Shown piece by piece: positions 10,236 to 20,415 of a DNA stretch of 64,000 nucleotides. The stretch is taken from the NCBI GenBank assembly GCA_000004985.1, contig GG738888.1; one strand, written 5' to 3'. Within the stretch, counting starts at the first letter, position 1. Each line of letters begins with the position of its first letter. Source of the stretch: Naegleria gruberi (taxonomy: Eukaryota). The position numbers and the translations under genes were made by a program. Under the pieces are notes generated by a model that was given only the letters and a program-made list of their open reading frames with translations, ran no database searches and was not told where the DNA came from.

Positions 10236-11987
10236 TCAAGATAAATCTCTTCTGTCTAACAGTAATTGAACGAGTAGTTTGTTATGATGTGAAATGGCTT
10301 GGACAGAGACAAATGGCAGATACATTGTATAGAGTTCAAAATGAGAACGAGCATACTTCAAGTTATTTCTGGTCATTTTGAGTTCAAGCATCTTTTCATC
10401 TTCAAACCATTCCTTGAACCAATATTGAACTCCCTCACCACAAACTCCAATTTCTGTATAACCTTCATCTCTGTATTGTTGAAGAGTAAAGCACATTTCC
10501 CAAACTTTCTTTTTCAAAAAGGCGACTTGTTCTTCATCATTCTTTTGGTTGGTATTAATTGTATTGAGAGGAACAATTCTTGGTGCAAAAACTCTATTGT
10601 AAATTCGATCTACTAAAATAAAATGTATCAACCCAGGACAGTAATGGAGATAGCTAAGCATGGTGACATGTGACTCGGCCTTAATTTTCAAAAATGAAAA
10701 TCTCTTAAAGTTTGAAATTTCTTCATTGACTCTTATAGCTGCCTCTTTCAATTGATCATGAACTGTTTCCTTATTTTGTTCTTCATCAATTGGTTGTTGT
10801 TCAACTTCTTTGAATGATGCTGCCATTGTTAGTGAAGAGGCAGATTGGTAACTACCAACAGAGGATGGAATCACTTTGGTAGTCTGTTGCTGGATATTGG
10901 TAATATTGGACTCGCAAATCAACATTAAAGTCATATCTTGGTCCTTGTCATATTCGAAATAGACTCCATATCGTCCAAGTTTTTGATCATGATCTCCTCC
11001 ATTCTCTGTCACATGGAAATTCAAATACTCGAAAATAGATCTTGTAATATTATCAGATTCATCACTTGTTCCATTCTTACCCATTTGTTTTGGTTTTTCT
11101 CCGTAGAAAGCACTCTGAGTAAAAACAATCAAACACAAAATATCTCTTGGAAGCAATATCCAAGTCTTTTCTCTAGAGTGTACAGCAGCCAATTTAGTAC
11201 CAACAAGTAAGACTGCATGCAAAATATATGGGTAAGGTTCAGTACCTTTCTTCAGTGCTTCAATAATTGAACCTCTATTGAATTGATTCAAATCTACATA
11301 TTCAATTCCTTGCACGAGAACACTCTGTTGTGTTCTATACAGCCTTTTCATTGTTTCTACAAGTGGTTTCATTAAATTGTAAATAGCAGATTGATTCAAA
11401 GATCTGTTGTTGAAACCATGTTGATTGAAAGGATTCAACATGATGCAAAAGTTTGTCAAATCGTGTAATAAACTAATTTGTCTGTACAAGGCTGCTGTTG
11501 ATTCTTTTGGTTCCTCTTCAAAATCTTCATTATCAAAAACTTCTCCCTTCTTTCTCTTTTCAACTTCTCTAATATAAATAATACAATAATGCAACTCTCC
11601 ACATTGATGTGTCAATAGTACTTTATCATTTCCAAGTGTATGAATTTGTCTACATGTTGTACTATAACAATTCTTTAACGTTTGTTGAGCAACACTCAAA
11701 ACTGGAATGCCAAGCTTTGCAGCTGGGTGATCCGAGAATAATTCCATTGAAGTTTGAGCAATAGTAAAGTATTTGTGAGAAACCACCCTGGAAACATATT
11801 GATTATCTTGTTGATTCTTTGAATATAATCCATCACCACCACTATTATTCTCACCATTAAATCTTATCGAAGCTAGTGGAGAAACAGGTGTCTGATTTCC
11901 ATTCGATGACAATCCACCACCAACACTCAAAAAATCAGATCCTCGCCCACTATTCAACACTGTCCCTCCATTGTTATTGTTTAACAT
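10236..11987 (-). CDS. Hypothetical 583-aa protein; weak resemblance to the longin-domain Rab-GEF subunit Mon1 (uncertain)
   Basis: Single exon, ATG at 11987, with an N-terminal Asn/Gly/Ser low-complexity segment. The size and the C-terminal block ...ARSHFELYTMYLPFVSVQAISHHNKLLVQL resemble the Mon1/SAND family from memory only. The gene is transcribed divergently from the RGP1 homologue. Confidence 0.35.
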   Translation of the reverse strand: MLNNNNGGTVLNSGRGSDFLSVGGGLSSNGNQTPVSPLASIRFNGENNSGGDGLYSKNQQDNQYVSRVVSHKYFTIAQTSMELFSDHPAAKLGIPVLSVAQQTLKNCYSTTCRQIHTLGNDKVLLTHQCGELHYCIIYIREVEKRKKGEVFDNEDFEEEPKESTAALYRQISLLHDLTNFCIMLNPFNQHGFNNRSLNQSAIYNLMKPLVETMKRLYRTQQSVLVQGIEYVDLNQFNRGSIIEALKKGTEPYPYILHAVLLVGTKLAAVHSREKTWILLPRDILCLIVFTQSAFYGEKPKQMGKNGTSDESDNITRSIFEYLNFHVTENGGDHDQKLGRYGVYFEYDKDQDMTLMLICESNITNIQQQTTKVIPSSVGSYQSASSLTMAASFKEVEQQPIDEEQNKETVHDQLKEAAIRVNEEISNFKRFSFLKIKAESHVTMLSYLHYCPGLIHFILVDRIYNRVFAPRIVPLNTINTNQKNDEEQVAFLKKKVWEMCFTLQQYRDEGYTEIGVCGEGVQYWFKEWFEDEKMLELKMTRNNLKYARSHFELYTMYLPFVSVQAISHHNKLLVQLLLDRRDLS

Positions 11988-12090
11988 TTTTTAAATTAAT
12001 GAAAAATCTAAAAATTTGAAAAAAAGCAAAAAATTCATTGTCATCAAGAATTGACACAAAACAACAGAATCCACTAAAGAGGAGAATATA

Positions 12091-13617
12091 ATGGTACTTG
12101 TAGCTCATGTTGCACTGAAGGAGGGCTGTGTATTCTCGGGATCTAATGTATCATTCTCTGTTCAATTGATGAATGTTCCGAAGGAGAGTGTGAGTGAGAG
12201 TGGTGGACCCTATTATTCGAATTTGATAGAGGTTTTTAATGATGAATTGGAGGTTTTTAAACCATTTAATACATTAACTAAATCATCATCGGATTTAAGT
12301 ACTACCATTAGTAGTACTTCTTCAAGTACAAATGGTAGTAGCAGTGGAGGTGGTGGATTATTCTCTTGGTTTTTCTCATCATCAGAAAGTAGTGAAGAGG
12401 ATAAGAGGAAGGTTGATATTTGGAATGTTGATTGTATGAGTGCCCAGATATTTGGAGTTTGGATTGGAGATTCTACATGTTTAAACATTCCGATTAATAA
12501 TTCTAGTCAGACAATTACTTATAATGATGATTTAACCAATCAATACAAAATTACAGATGAAAAACTGACACATCTCATGGGCCAAAAGAATGGTAAATTA
12601 ATATTTGCCTCTAAACCATATACAGTCATGGAAAATCAACCATTTTCATCATTGGAAAAGTCCATGTTAAATGTAAATGTTTTGATACCGAATGAAATTC
12701 CTCCGAGCTTTAATGGAACTCTCATACGATATACCTACCACATTTCTGTAACGATACAAGTATCTGATAGATACAATACTGTATATAAGAAAACAATTTC
12801 GATACCTTTCAAAGTTTATAATCCACTTTCATCAATTTGTAGTATTGCTTCTTCCTATGTGGATTCATTTGAATTTAAATGGAATGTACAAAATTCCTTA
12901 GAGGAACCAATACCTAAATTGGAAGATTATACTCACAAATATATGCTCTCTTCAGGAAATAATGATTCATCAGCTGTATCACCATTCTATTATTCATTTA
13001 GGCAAATTGAAAATATTGTCTCACTCAATTCAAAAACAAGTCATTATGATATTGCAGATGATACTCAACTTGTTTGTAGAGTTTCACTTTCCAGTTCTGC
13101 ATTTTACATTGGAGATACAATATCAGGAATTTTTGATTTCACAAAGAGTGAAAAATTATGTACCAAAGTTCAATGTAAATTAATTTATGAAGAAAAGGCA
13201 GCATCCAAAATTATTTCAGATTATTACAAACACAAATCAACTGAAATCAGCTCGGAATACTTTCAACCATTAAAGAATAAGAGCACTTATTCCAAGGTTG
13301 CAAGATTAGACAGATATACACTGAATAATATCACTTCAGACTTTAGAATTATCATACCTCCACACACACCATCCCAATTCTCCTCCGACCTAATCAAGAT
13401 CAATTGGTTTTTGAAATTCAAATTCTACTTGATTGAGGGAGATTTAGTTGATGATAGAATTCAAGTTATAAGCACTAAGGATTTATCTGAAAAGAAGGAT
13501 CGTTTTAAAGTCAACTCAATGACCTGGCTTTTACCGATTCACGTTTTTGTACCAACCAATTTTCGTCCACTCCATGAAAAGAGCCAACACAAAGAGCAGT
13601 GCATTGTTGTGCTGTAG
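12091..13617 (+). CDS. RGP1 (Ric1-Rgp1 Rab6 GEF subunit) homologue
   Basis: 508-aa single exon. The N-terminus MVLVAHVALKEGCVFSGSNVSFSVQLMNVP parallels the conserved Rgp1 N-terminus (V.L..G.VF..G....C.V.V.N.P). The internal ...IPPSFNGTLIRYTYHISVTIQV and C-terminal ...INWFLKFKFY...WLLPIHVFVPT blocks also match Rgp1 conserved regions. Inserted Ser-rich low-complexity loops are present. Confidence 0.5.
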   Translation: MVLVAHVALKEGCVFSGSNVSFSVQLMNVPKESVSESGGPYYSNLIEVFNDELEVFKPFNTLTKSSSDLSTTISSTSSSTNGSSSGGGGLFSWFFSSSESSEEDKRKVDIWNVDCMSAQIFGVWIGDSTCLNIPINNSSQTITYNDDLTNQYKITDEKLTHLMGQKNGKLIFASKPYTVMENQPFSSLEKSMLNVNVLIPNEIPPSFNGTLIRYTYHISVTIQVSDRYNTVYKKTISIPFKVYNPLSSICSIASSYVDSFEFKWNVQNSLEEPIPKLEDYTHKYMLSSGNNDSSAVSPFYYSFRQIENIVSLNSKTSHYDIADDTQLVCRVSLSSSAFYIGDTISGIFDFTKSEKLCTKVQCKLIYEEKAASKIISDYYKHKSTEISSEYFQPLKNKSTYSKVARLDRYTLNNITSDFRIIIPPHTPSQFSSDLIKINWFLKFKFYLIEGDLVDDRIQVISTKDLSEKKDRFKVNSMTWLLPIHVFVPTNFRPLHEKSQHKEQCIVVL

Positions 13618-13929
13618 ATAACAGAATAAGTATGGAACGTTTAAAGGAGAGAGCAAATAAAGTTGGGATACTGATTGAGTTACTACTACATTTCAACTGA
13701 TTAAAAATTGTCGTTCTCATTTCAGTATTTTAGTCTGTTTTATCTAACTCAAGCTCATTCTATCTTTTCTAGCCCCTTATCTATTTAATGAATAATCTTT
13801 GAATAATTCTTTTATCAAACATCTTAAATTATGTAAAGCGTGTTGTGAAATTGAATGTTTGTTCTATTATTAGAGGATTAGTACGCCTTAAAAAAAAAGA
13901 TTTCTATCCATTTCTTTCACAATCAAAAA

Positions 13930-14889
13930 ATGTTCACACTCAAAAAGCTATCATCCCTTCCGTTGCAGTCTGCTCTTCGGAGGAGTGTTTTCGATTTCCT
14001 TAAATTCAATGAAGGTTATTGTGGATTATTGGTCGGAAATTTATTCTTGAATGGAGACAGTATTAAAGAAGGCCAAATTTATTCAGGTGATTACAAGGTT
14101 TTTGTTTCTGATGAATGCAAACAATCAAATGAATTTAATCAAGTAGGAGGAGTTTATTGTCATTTTGTTGCTGGCAACTTGTTATTTCAATTTAACCCAC
14201 AAATAGATGAACATGTTAAGAAATCCCTGATTGATCAAATGATTCAAGAAACACTTCAAGATGGTATTCAATTAACAGGGTAGGTTGCTTGAATTGATAT
14301 TATTTGAAAATAATCCTGAAGTGTGATTGGAGAATATTCTATTGCTAATTCTATTGTTGAAAAGTTGTTCGAAACGAATGTGTGGAATAGGGATCGTTTA
14401 ACACTCTTCCAAAAAGAGAATTTATATCAATATGATCTTTCTTCCTTTGACGAGTCTGTTTTCCTTTCACACCCTGAACTTTTAACTCGTAAAGTTACTG
14501 AACTTGATCATGAACAAAATTTCATATGTATGCAACTATTTGAAACAGATATATTTGGAGAGCCAAAATCTACAAAGGACCATTCAGATTATCTTTTAAA
14601 GAATAGCACTACTTTTGGTGCATTTGTTGGAGAAGAGCTTGTTTCTACTGTTAGGATTAACTCACATTCTGATAAGCACTGTACTTTGGGATTTGTATTC
14701 ACCAAACCAGAACATAGAAGAAAAGGTATTGCAAAAATATTATTCAAGCATCTATTTGAAGAATGTATTAGAATGGGATTCTCTCATGTTGACCTATTTA
14801 CCAATTTAGACAACTCTGCCAATCACTTCTATCAAAATTTGGGTTTTAAGAATATTGGCGAGATGGGATTGTTTATCGTTTCAAAATAA
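13930..14889 (+). CDS. GNAT-family N-acetyltransferase, 2 exons
   Basis: Exon 1 is ~13930-14279 and exon 2 ~14322-14889, joined by a 42-nt GTAGGT...AG intron. Exon 2 holds the acetyl-CoA-binding motif ...LGFVFTKPEHRRKGIAKILFKHLFEE...NSANHFYQNLGF. Confidence 0.6.
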
Positions 14890-14913
14890 ACTTAATAATA
14901 CATCTTAGATTCC

Positions 14914-15915
14914 TCAAAAAATAATTTCCATATCTGAAAGTTGATTATTAATCTGTTTTAAAGCCAAATTGCTAACAAAGGTTTCTCCACTTTTTCTCAA
15001 ATATTCAAACAGTAGAAACTTTAGGGAATAAAAGGTGATATCATATTGAGAATTATTGCCATGCGAAAAACCATACCAAGGAGTAAACATGACCTTATTG
15101 TTTTTGTGAACTAACCATGAAACTCTATCTTTACCTTGATAGTCTGAACTTTCAGCTAAAAAGTGCCAATCATCTTTTCTTGTCAATGTTGTAACCACAA
15201 CTCCACACATATATGTATCAGACAAATAAATACAATTTGGTGTAAGTATTGTTTCTGTTGGACTACTTTCTTGAATGTTATCTTTCAAATTCATTTTTTG
15301 TCTATTGATCAAAACCTCCAAACTTTTTTGGTTAATTTGTTTGATTTTGTCAACCTTTAATGCAATATCACCAGTAATAAATTCTATAAATCCATCTGTT
15401 CGTCCCAAAGAATATCCAAGTTTAAAGGGCATTGCTTGTTCACTTCCTCTCAAAAACAGTACAGCAATTTGATTTGAATCAATCAATTGATGGAAAATTG
15501 ATAAAGTCTCCTGATCCCACATTCTTGTACCTGTTCCAGCATAAAGAGTAAATACCAATAGATCATAATTTCTCAGCAAGGACTTTATCACTCCAGGTCT
15601 GCAACTACATAAATCTGTTTGAGCAATCAAATCCACTGCTTTAAATATCAAATCTTTCTCACTCACTGTCTCAAGCCACGGAATTGAAACATTCGGATCA
15701 AGAAGGCTAATTTGTTGTTCCAAATAGATCGGAGCTCTCACAAACGAACACAACTTCTCTCTAATTGTTTTCATGAAATGAGAAGGTTCTCCTGAATCAG
15801 CTGTGATGATTAGTGTTGATTTTAATTGTTTCAATTCTTTGAAGGAGAGAAAAGATTCATCACTTTTGGCGAGATGAATTAAATGTTCTACTTGTTCCCG
15901 GTTGTGGAGTTCCAT
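14914..15915 (-). CDS. Hypothetical protein (333 aa), function unknown
   Basis: Clean single ORF with ATG at 15915. It is convergent with the GNAT gene with about 25 bp between stops. No motif could be assigned with confidence. Confidence 0.5.
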   Translation of the reverse strand: MELHNREQVEHLIHLAKSDESFLSFKELKQLKSTLIITADSGEPSHFMKTIREKLCSFVRAPIYLEQQISLLDPNVSIPWLETVSEKDLIFKAVDLIAQTDLCSCRPGVIKSLLRNYDLLVFTLYAGTGTRMWDQETLSIFHQLIDSNQIAVLFLRGSEQAMPFKLGYSLGRTDGFIEFITGDIALKVDKIKQINQKSLEVLINRQKMNLKDNIQESSPTETILTPNCIYLSDTYMCGVVVTTLTRKDDWHFLAESSDYQGKDRVSWLVHKNNKVMFTPWYGFSHGNNSQYDITFYSLKFLLFEYLRKSGETFVSNLALKQINNQLSDMEIIF

Positions 15916-16057
15916 TTTTTTTTGTAAAGTTTAACAAGCTTTTATTAGAATTATCCCACAAGAAATCGCAAACAAATTGGATTCTTTAATCATAAAACTT
16001 GATATCAGAAGAGTGTTGTTTGAAGCTCATCAGCTCATTGCAATGAATTAATTGAAT

Positions 16058-16840
16058 TTAAGGAACTTGAACCACAACTGACCTCATAGTCAATGAAACT
16101 CTTCTGAACTTGTTTTCATCGAAATCTTCACTTCCAAAAGCCAAAGTTTTCCACGATTCACCTAAATACTTTTTCCAAAGACATTGTTTTGGTATTTCGT
16201 GTTGCCACAAGTATCTGGCCTTTCCATTCAGCACTAACAATGAGCCAGGCTTTAACACGAGGCACATCTTCTTTCCTGTCGCTTGCAAATTCTGAATTGG
16301 AATAATTTCATTGGCATTCCATGTAGCATTTGGATCTTTAGGTGTTCTTTCGTGTAGAACAATGAGGCATGGATCTCCAAGTGAGATAATTGCCACAGTA
16401 GGTCCAAAATCCAATGAATCAATATGTTTTGAAATGTAAGTCTCCAATCCCTTATATTCATTCAAGATTATTTGTGAAATTTGAGGATAGTGCCAACATG
16501 AACCATCCTCCAATTGTTCAATTCTTTCCATCACTGGTTTTAAATAATTCGGAATTTCCTCTTGCAATTTTCTCAAACCTCCTCCATGAAGATAATTAAA
16601 GTGATAACCATATTGAAGTGTTCTTCGGGAATTAATTTCACTCTCCCATTCATTTCTCTCATCAATTTCGTTCAACAAGTCTAAACTTTGTTTCTCACTC
16701 AAAAAATCTGGGAAATATCTCAAGCCTTCAATTGATTCTTCCAAAGATTTAATCTCTGATTCAATATTTTCCAACCCCATGACAGTCGTGGTGGTAGTTG
16801 ATGAATTCTGCAGCTGCATCGAAGATTGCATTTTCAACAT
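16058..16840 (-). CDS. AlkB-family 2OG-Fe(II) dioxygenase, ALKBH6-like
   Basis: 260-aa single exon. An HxD...H iron-binding arrangement is present (...KHIDSLDFGPTVAIISLGDPCLIVLHER..., ...LWQHEIP...) with an R.SLT.R 2OG-binding tail (RVSLTMRSVV). The order of conserved blocks follows ALKBH6. Confidence 0.65.
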   Translation of the reverse strand: MLKMQSSMQLQNSSTTTTTVMGLENIESEIKSLEESIEGLRYFPDFLSEKQSLDLLNEIDERNEWESEINSRRTLQYGYHFNYLHGGGLRKLQEEIPNYLKPVMERIEQLEDGSCWHYPQISQIILNEYKGLETYISKHIDSLDFGPTVAIISLGDPCLIVLHERTPKDPNATWNANEIIPIQNLQATGKKMCLVLKPGSLLVLNGKARYLWQHEIPKQCLWKKYLGESWKTLAFGSEDFDENKFRRVSLTMRSVVVQVP

Positions 16841-17338
16841 TGCACTTTTTTATTCTCTTGATAAATTTGCCTTGTTTCTTCCATTATCTTTGTTGTGCAA
16901 CACTCGAAAACTATCTTCTATTGGTGCAATTTAAAAATATCATCACGGAGATCTATTTTTAAAACCCTTCAAATGTATGAATGCAGCTGAGGTTGAGGTT
17001 CTTATTTGCAACAAAACCTAAAAAAATTTTACGGTCATCATCGTCATCAACACTTGACAACAATAACAAGAATTAGAATTGCACCTTCTATTATTTGAAG
17101 AAGCATAGTAATATCACACACAAACTAGCATCTATACGCTTTAAAATACAAATTGCCACAAAGGCCAAATACATCATCACAAATTTTTAGCTTTCTACTG
17201 AAATTTTAATATCACTAGCAAGCAACCAAATAATTATTTACTAATAACAATACATCAGAAAGCGGAACACAAACAATACGAACGCTTTTTGAACAAACTA
17301 TTATCATCAAAACAACAATCTATTTATTAATCACAATT

Positions 17339-17869
17339 TTGCGCCAAGTGCAAAATAATCAATTATACTTCATGTTCTTTAACGCCAATAACACTACTAA
17401 TAACATTAATAACAACAATACCGCCATCGTTGCCGTCTCCAATAACACTGTCTTTACTACTAATAACACTACTACTACAACAACAACAACTACTACACCT
17501 GCCACCGCAGCATTTGCGGTCCATCACCACCATCACCATCATCAACACAACTCTATTCCAATTCCACCTCCACCCATTCCAATTCAACAACAACAACAAG
17601 ACCAACAACAACGAAAGATTTCATCCTCCTCGCTCTATTCATCAGATTTAGACGATTTACTTTTGGATACTTTACTGAAACAAGTGTTTTTGGGGGAGGG
17701 AAAACAAACCAAACGCTTTTATTCTGTTTGTGGCTTGGAAGAAGTATTTGAAGAAGGAGGAGAAGAAGAAGAAGAATCATTTAGAGGCTCTAGTAGAGGA
17801 TCTAGAGGCAGGAATATCATAGTAAATAGTAATAGTTATTGGACTAGTTGCTGGCAATACTGCTATTAA
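17339..17869 (+). CDS. Questionable low-complexity ORF (Asn/Thr/His/Gln runs)
   Basis: The track ORF begins at a TTG; the first in-frame ATG is near 17372. The content is poly-N/T, an H7 run and a Q-rich segment, and the ORF overlaps the DIS3L2-like start in another frame. It could be a real low-complexity gene, a 5' UTR, or noise. Confidence 0.2.
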   Translation: MRQVQNNQLYFMFFNANNTTNNINNNNTAIVAVSNNTVFTTNNTTTTTTTTTTPATAAFAVHHHHHHHQHNSIPIPPPPIPIQQQQQDQQQRKISSSSLYSSDLDDLLLDTLLKQVFLGEGKQTKRFYSVCGLEEVFEEGGEEEEESFRGSSRGSRGRNIIVNSNSYWTSCWQYCY

Positions 17870-17901
17870 ATAGCGTTTCTAAAATTTTCAAAACAATCCC
17901 A

Positions 17902-20349
17902 ATGAGCTCAGCAGCAGTCCTGCCAAACACAAGTGGAGACTCTTTGAAAAAGAGACAACAACCAAGCAAGCCAAGTATTAAAAAAGAACCTGGTTGCGAT
18001 GACGGTAATGTAAATGAAAACAAACGACGTGGAGACAGAAAGAATCACAAAAGTAGTAGCTCTAAGTCAAGGTTTGTTGAATACATTACACCTTCAGAAG
18101 TACAAGAGGGTTTAAAGAGTGGAACACTCTTTGAAGGTATTCTTCATGTAAATCAACAAAACAGACAGTTAGCTTTTGTTGTTTTAGATGATCCAGTTAA
18201 ACAAAAACTTCAACATGACATGGATGTCAGAATTAGTGGAGAAGCAAGAAGAAACAGAGCTCTCCATGGTGACAAGGTAGTTATTAAAATTGATGAAAGA
18301 AGTGAGTGGACAGAAAGAAAAATCTCACTCAATCAACACCAAAGGTGTGACGAGCCTGGAGGTGAATATGAAGATGAAGCTAATGACGGTAATGAAGAAG
18401 AAAATGTACCTTCTGATAGTTTCAAGAAGGTATTCCAACCAACAGGTAGAGTCGTAGCAATCAAAGAAAAGTCAAAGAAAAGAGATTTTGTTGGTTTCTT
18501 GACAACCTCCAGAGAAAATGGAGTAATTGACCAAGCAGATCAACACTGTATCTTTATTCCATTAGATAAGAGATGTCCAAGAATGGTTGTTCCATTATCT
18601 CAATGCCCTGAATCATTTAAGACTAATCCAAATGGTCATGGTATGGAGTTATATGTAGTACAATTTGTTACTTGGAATGAAAAGTCAACACTTCCATATG
18701 GTAAATTGATCAAACATTTGGGAAGAGCTGGTAATCTTGAAACAGATTTAGAATCAATCATTATTGATTTTGAAGTTGATACATCTTCTTACACAGAGAA
18801 GGTTATTGATGAAATCAAATCAGATTTAAATATCCAGTCCACCAATGATTGGACAATTCCAGTAGAGGAATTAGAAAAGAGAAAGGATGCTAGAGGTGAA
18901 AGAGTTTTCACTATCGATCCTAAACATGCAAAGGATTTGGATGATGCCATTTCCATTAGCAAGTTAAATGATAATCTTTTCAGAGTTGGTATCCACATTG
19001 CAGATGCCTCTTATTTTGTAGCAGCTGGTTCAAAGCTCGATAGAATTGCTCAACGTAGAGCAACTAGTGTCTATTTGGAACACTTAATTGTTCCAATGCT
19101 TCCTCACTTCCTTTCAGATGATATTTGCAGTTTATTGCCTTCAAAGGACAGATTGGCATTCAGTATTTATGTTTTATTGGATGCCAATGGTGAATTGGTC
19201 AAAGATCAAGAATCTGTTTTCCAAAAATCTGTTGTGAGATCATGTGCCAAATTGAGTTATGAAATTGCTCAACAAGTTATTGGTGGTGAAATCAAATCAG
19301 ATTCTGAAATTTCTCAAGATATTTGTCCAAGAGAAGGAGATATTTTCTGCCCAAACCTTGGTGGATCTTTAGTAGAAGATATCACCATGCTTCATAAACT
19401 TGCAATGAAGAGAAGAGAGAGTAGACTTGAAAGTGGTACTCTCTCCCTCAACAAACCAAGAATTCAACTCGAATTATCAGAGGACAATCAAAGTGTCAAA
19501 TCCATCAATGTAAAGGAAGAAAAGGAAAGCAATAATATGATTGAAGAGCTTATGCTTTTGGCTAACTATTTGGCAGCTGAAAAGTTATTGAAATCATCCA
19601 ATGATACTGTTTTACTTCGGTCACATGGAAGTCCATTGGAGAAGAAGATGAGTGATTTTATTGACTTTTGTAACAGTGCCAAGTTAGACATTAATGTAGA
19701 GTCTGCAGCAGAACTTGATAACAGTCTTAGAAGCATTACTGACACTGAAGTTTCAGCAGTAGTTAATCTTGAGGCAACAAAAGCAATGCAAACAGCCAAA
19801 TATTTTGCTTACTCTGATAAGAATAACTGTCTTTCAACCCATCACTATGCTCTTAACGTTCCATACTATACTCACTTTACATCGCCTATCAGAAGATATT
19901 CTGATATTATTGTACATAGACAATTAGAATCAGCTCTTTTTGCATCACCAATTCCTTATACATATGAATTGAAGAAACTTATTGATATTTGTAATAAGAA
20001 ATCAACATTGGCAAAGAAGGCTGAAGAACAAACCAAACATATTTATTTTTGCCGTTACATTGAAGAAAATCCAGAAATTGCTAAAGTTTCAGGTATTATC
20101 AGAGGTTTGAGTGGCAAGACCATTAGAGTAGTAGTTCCACATTTTTCTTTGGAATGTAAACTTCCAATTGATTCTTTCAGATCTAGAATCAAGGACAAGA
20201 AACATGACAAGGAAACAGGAATTCTACACTGGACTTGGACTGAAACTGAACAAGAAGAAAAATTACGTCTCTTTGACAAACTTCCTGTTAGACTTTATGT
20301 TAAGAGATTTAATCCAATTCCTGAAATTTGCATTTCCTTGGATAAATAG
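17902..20349 (+). CDS. DIS3L2-like 3'-5' exoribonuclease (RNase II/RNB family, no PIN domain)
   Basis: The track ORF starts at TTG 17848; the first ATG is at 17902 (MSSAAVL...). A basic N-terminus is followed by cold-shock-like domains and an RNB catalytic core (...VFTIDPKHAKDLDDAISI...GIHIADASYFV...TSVYLEHLIVPMLP...) and a C-terminal S1-like region. Single exon. Confidence 0.65.
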   Translation: MSSAAVLPNTSGDSLKKRQQPSKPSIKKEPGCDDGNVNENKRRGDRKNHKSSSSKSRFVEYITPSEVQEGLKSGTLFEGILHVNQQNRQLAFVVLDDPVKQKLQHDMDVRISGEARRNRALHGDKVVIKIDERSEWTERKISLNQHQRCDEPGGEYEDEANDGNEEENVPSDSFKKVFQPTGRVVAIKEKSKKRDFVGFLTTSRENGVIDQADQHCIFIPLDKRCPRMVVPLSQCPESFKTNPNGHGMELYVVQFVTWNEKSTLPYGKLIKHLGRAGNLETDLESIIIDFEVDTSSYTEKVIDEIKSDLNIQSTNDWTIPVEELEKRKDARGERVFTIDPKHAKDLDDAISISKLNDNLFRVGIHIADASYFVAAGSKLDRIAQRRATSVYLEHLIVPMLPHFLSDDICSLLPSKDRLAFSIYVLLDANGELVKDQESVFQKSVVRSCAKLSYEIAQQVIGGEIKSDSEISQDICPREGDIFCPNLGGSLVEDITMLHKLAMKRRESRLESGTLSLNKPRIQLELSEDNQSVKSINVKEEKESNNMIEELMLLANYLAAEKLLKSSNDTVLLRSHGSPLEKKMSDFIDFCNSAKLDINVESAAELDNSLRSITDTEVSAVVNLEATKAMQTAKYFAYSDKNNCLSTHHYALNVPYYTHFTSPIRRYSDIIVHRQLESALFASPIPYTYELKKLIDICNKKSTLAKKAEEQTKHIYFCRYIEENPEIAKVSGIIRGLSGKTIRVVVPHFSLECKLPIDSFRSRIKDKKHDKETGILHWTWTETEQEEKLRLFDKLPVRLYVKRFNPIPEICISLDK

Positions 20350-20415
20350 AAAAAATTAAAATCTGTGAATAAAAAATTAATTAATTCTAGATGTTTGATA
20401 TTATTAACATTAAAA

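Noticed and set aside
14280-14321. Interpreting the 38-46-nt gaps between ORF pieces as frameshift errors, not introns
   Set aside because: Each gap starts with GTAAGT, GTAGGT or GTAGTG and ends with AG, is very AT-rich, and restores the frame with conserved motif continuity (for example the NHL repeat IYIAD-TSNC and the GNAT junction). In contrast, the breaks in the LRR gene, the NTPase paralogue and the Cys-rich paralogue A lack splice signals and are reported as frameshifts.
17339-20349. Treating ORF 17339..17869 as exon 1 of the DIS3L2-like gene
   Set aside because: There is no GT...AG intron signal at the junction and the frames differ. DIS3L2 has its own ATG (17902) followed directly by a conserved basic N-terminus, so I kept the two separate and flagged the upstream ORF as questionable.
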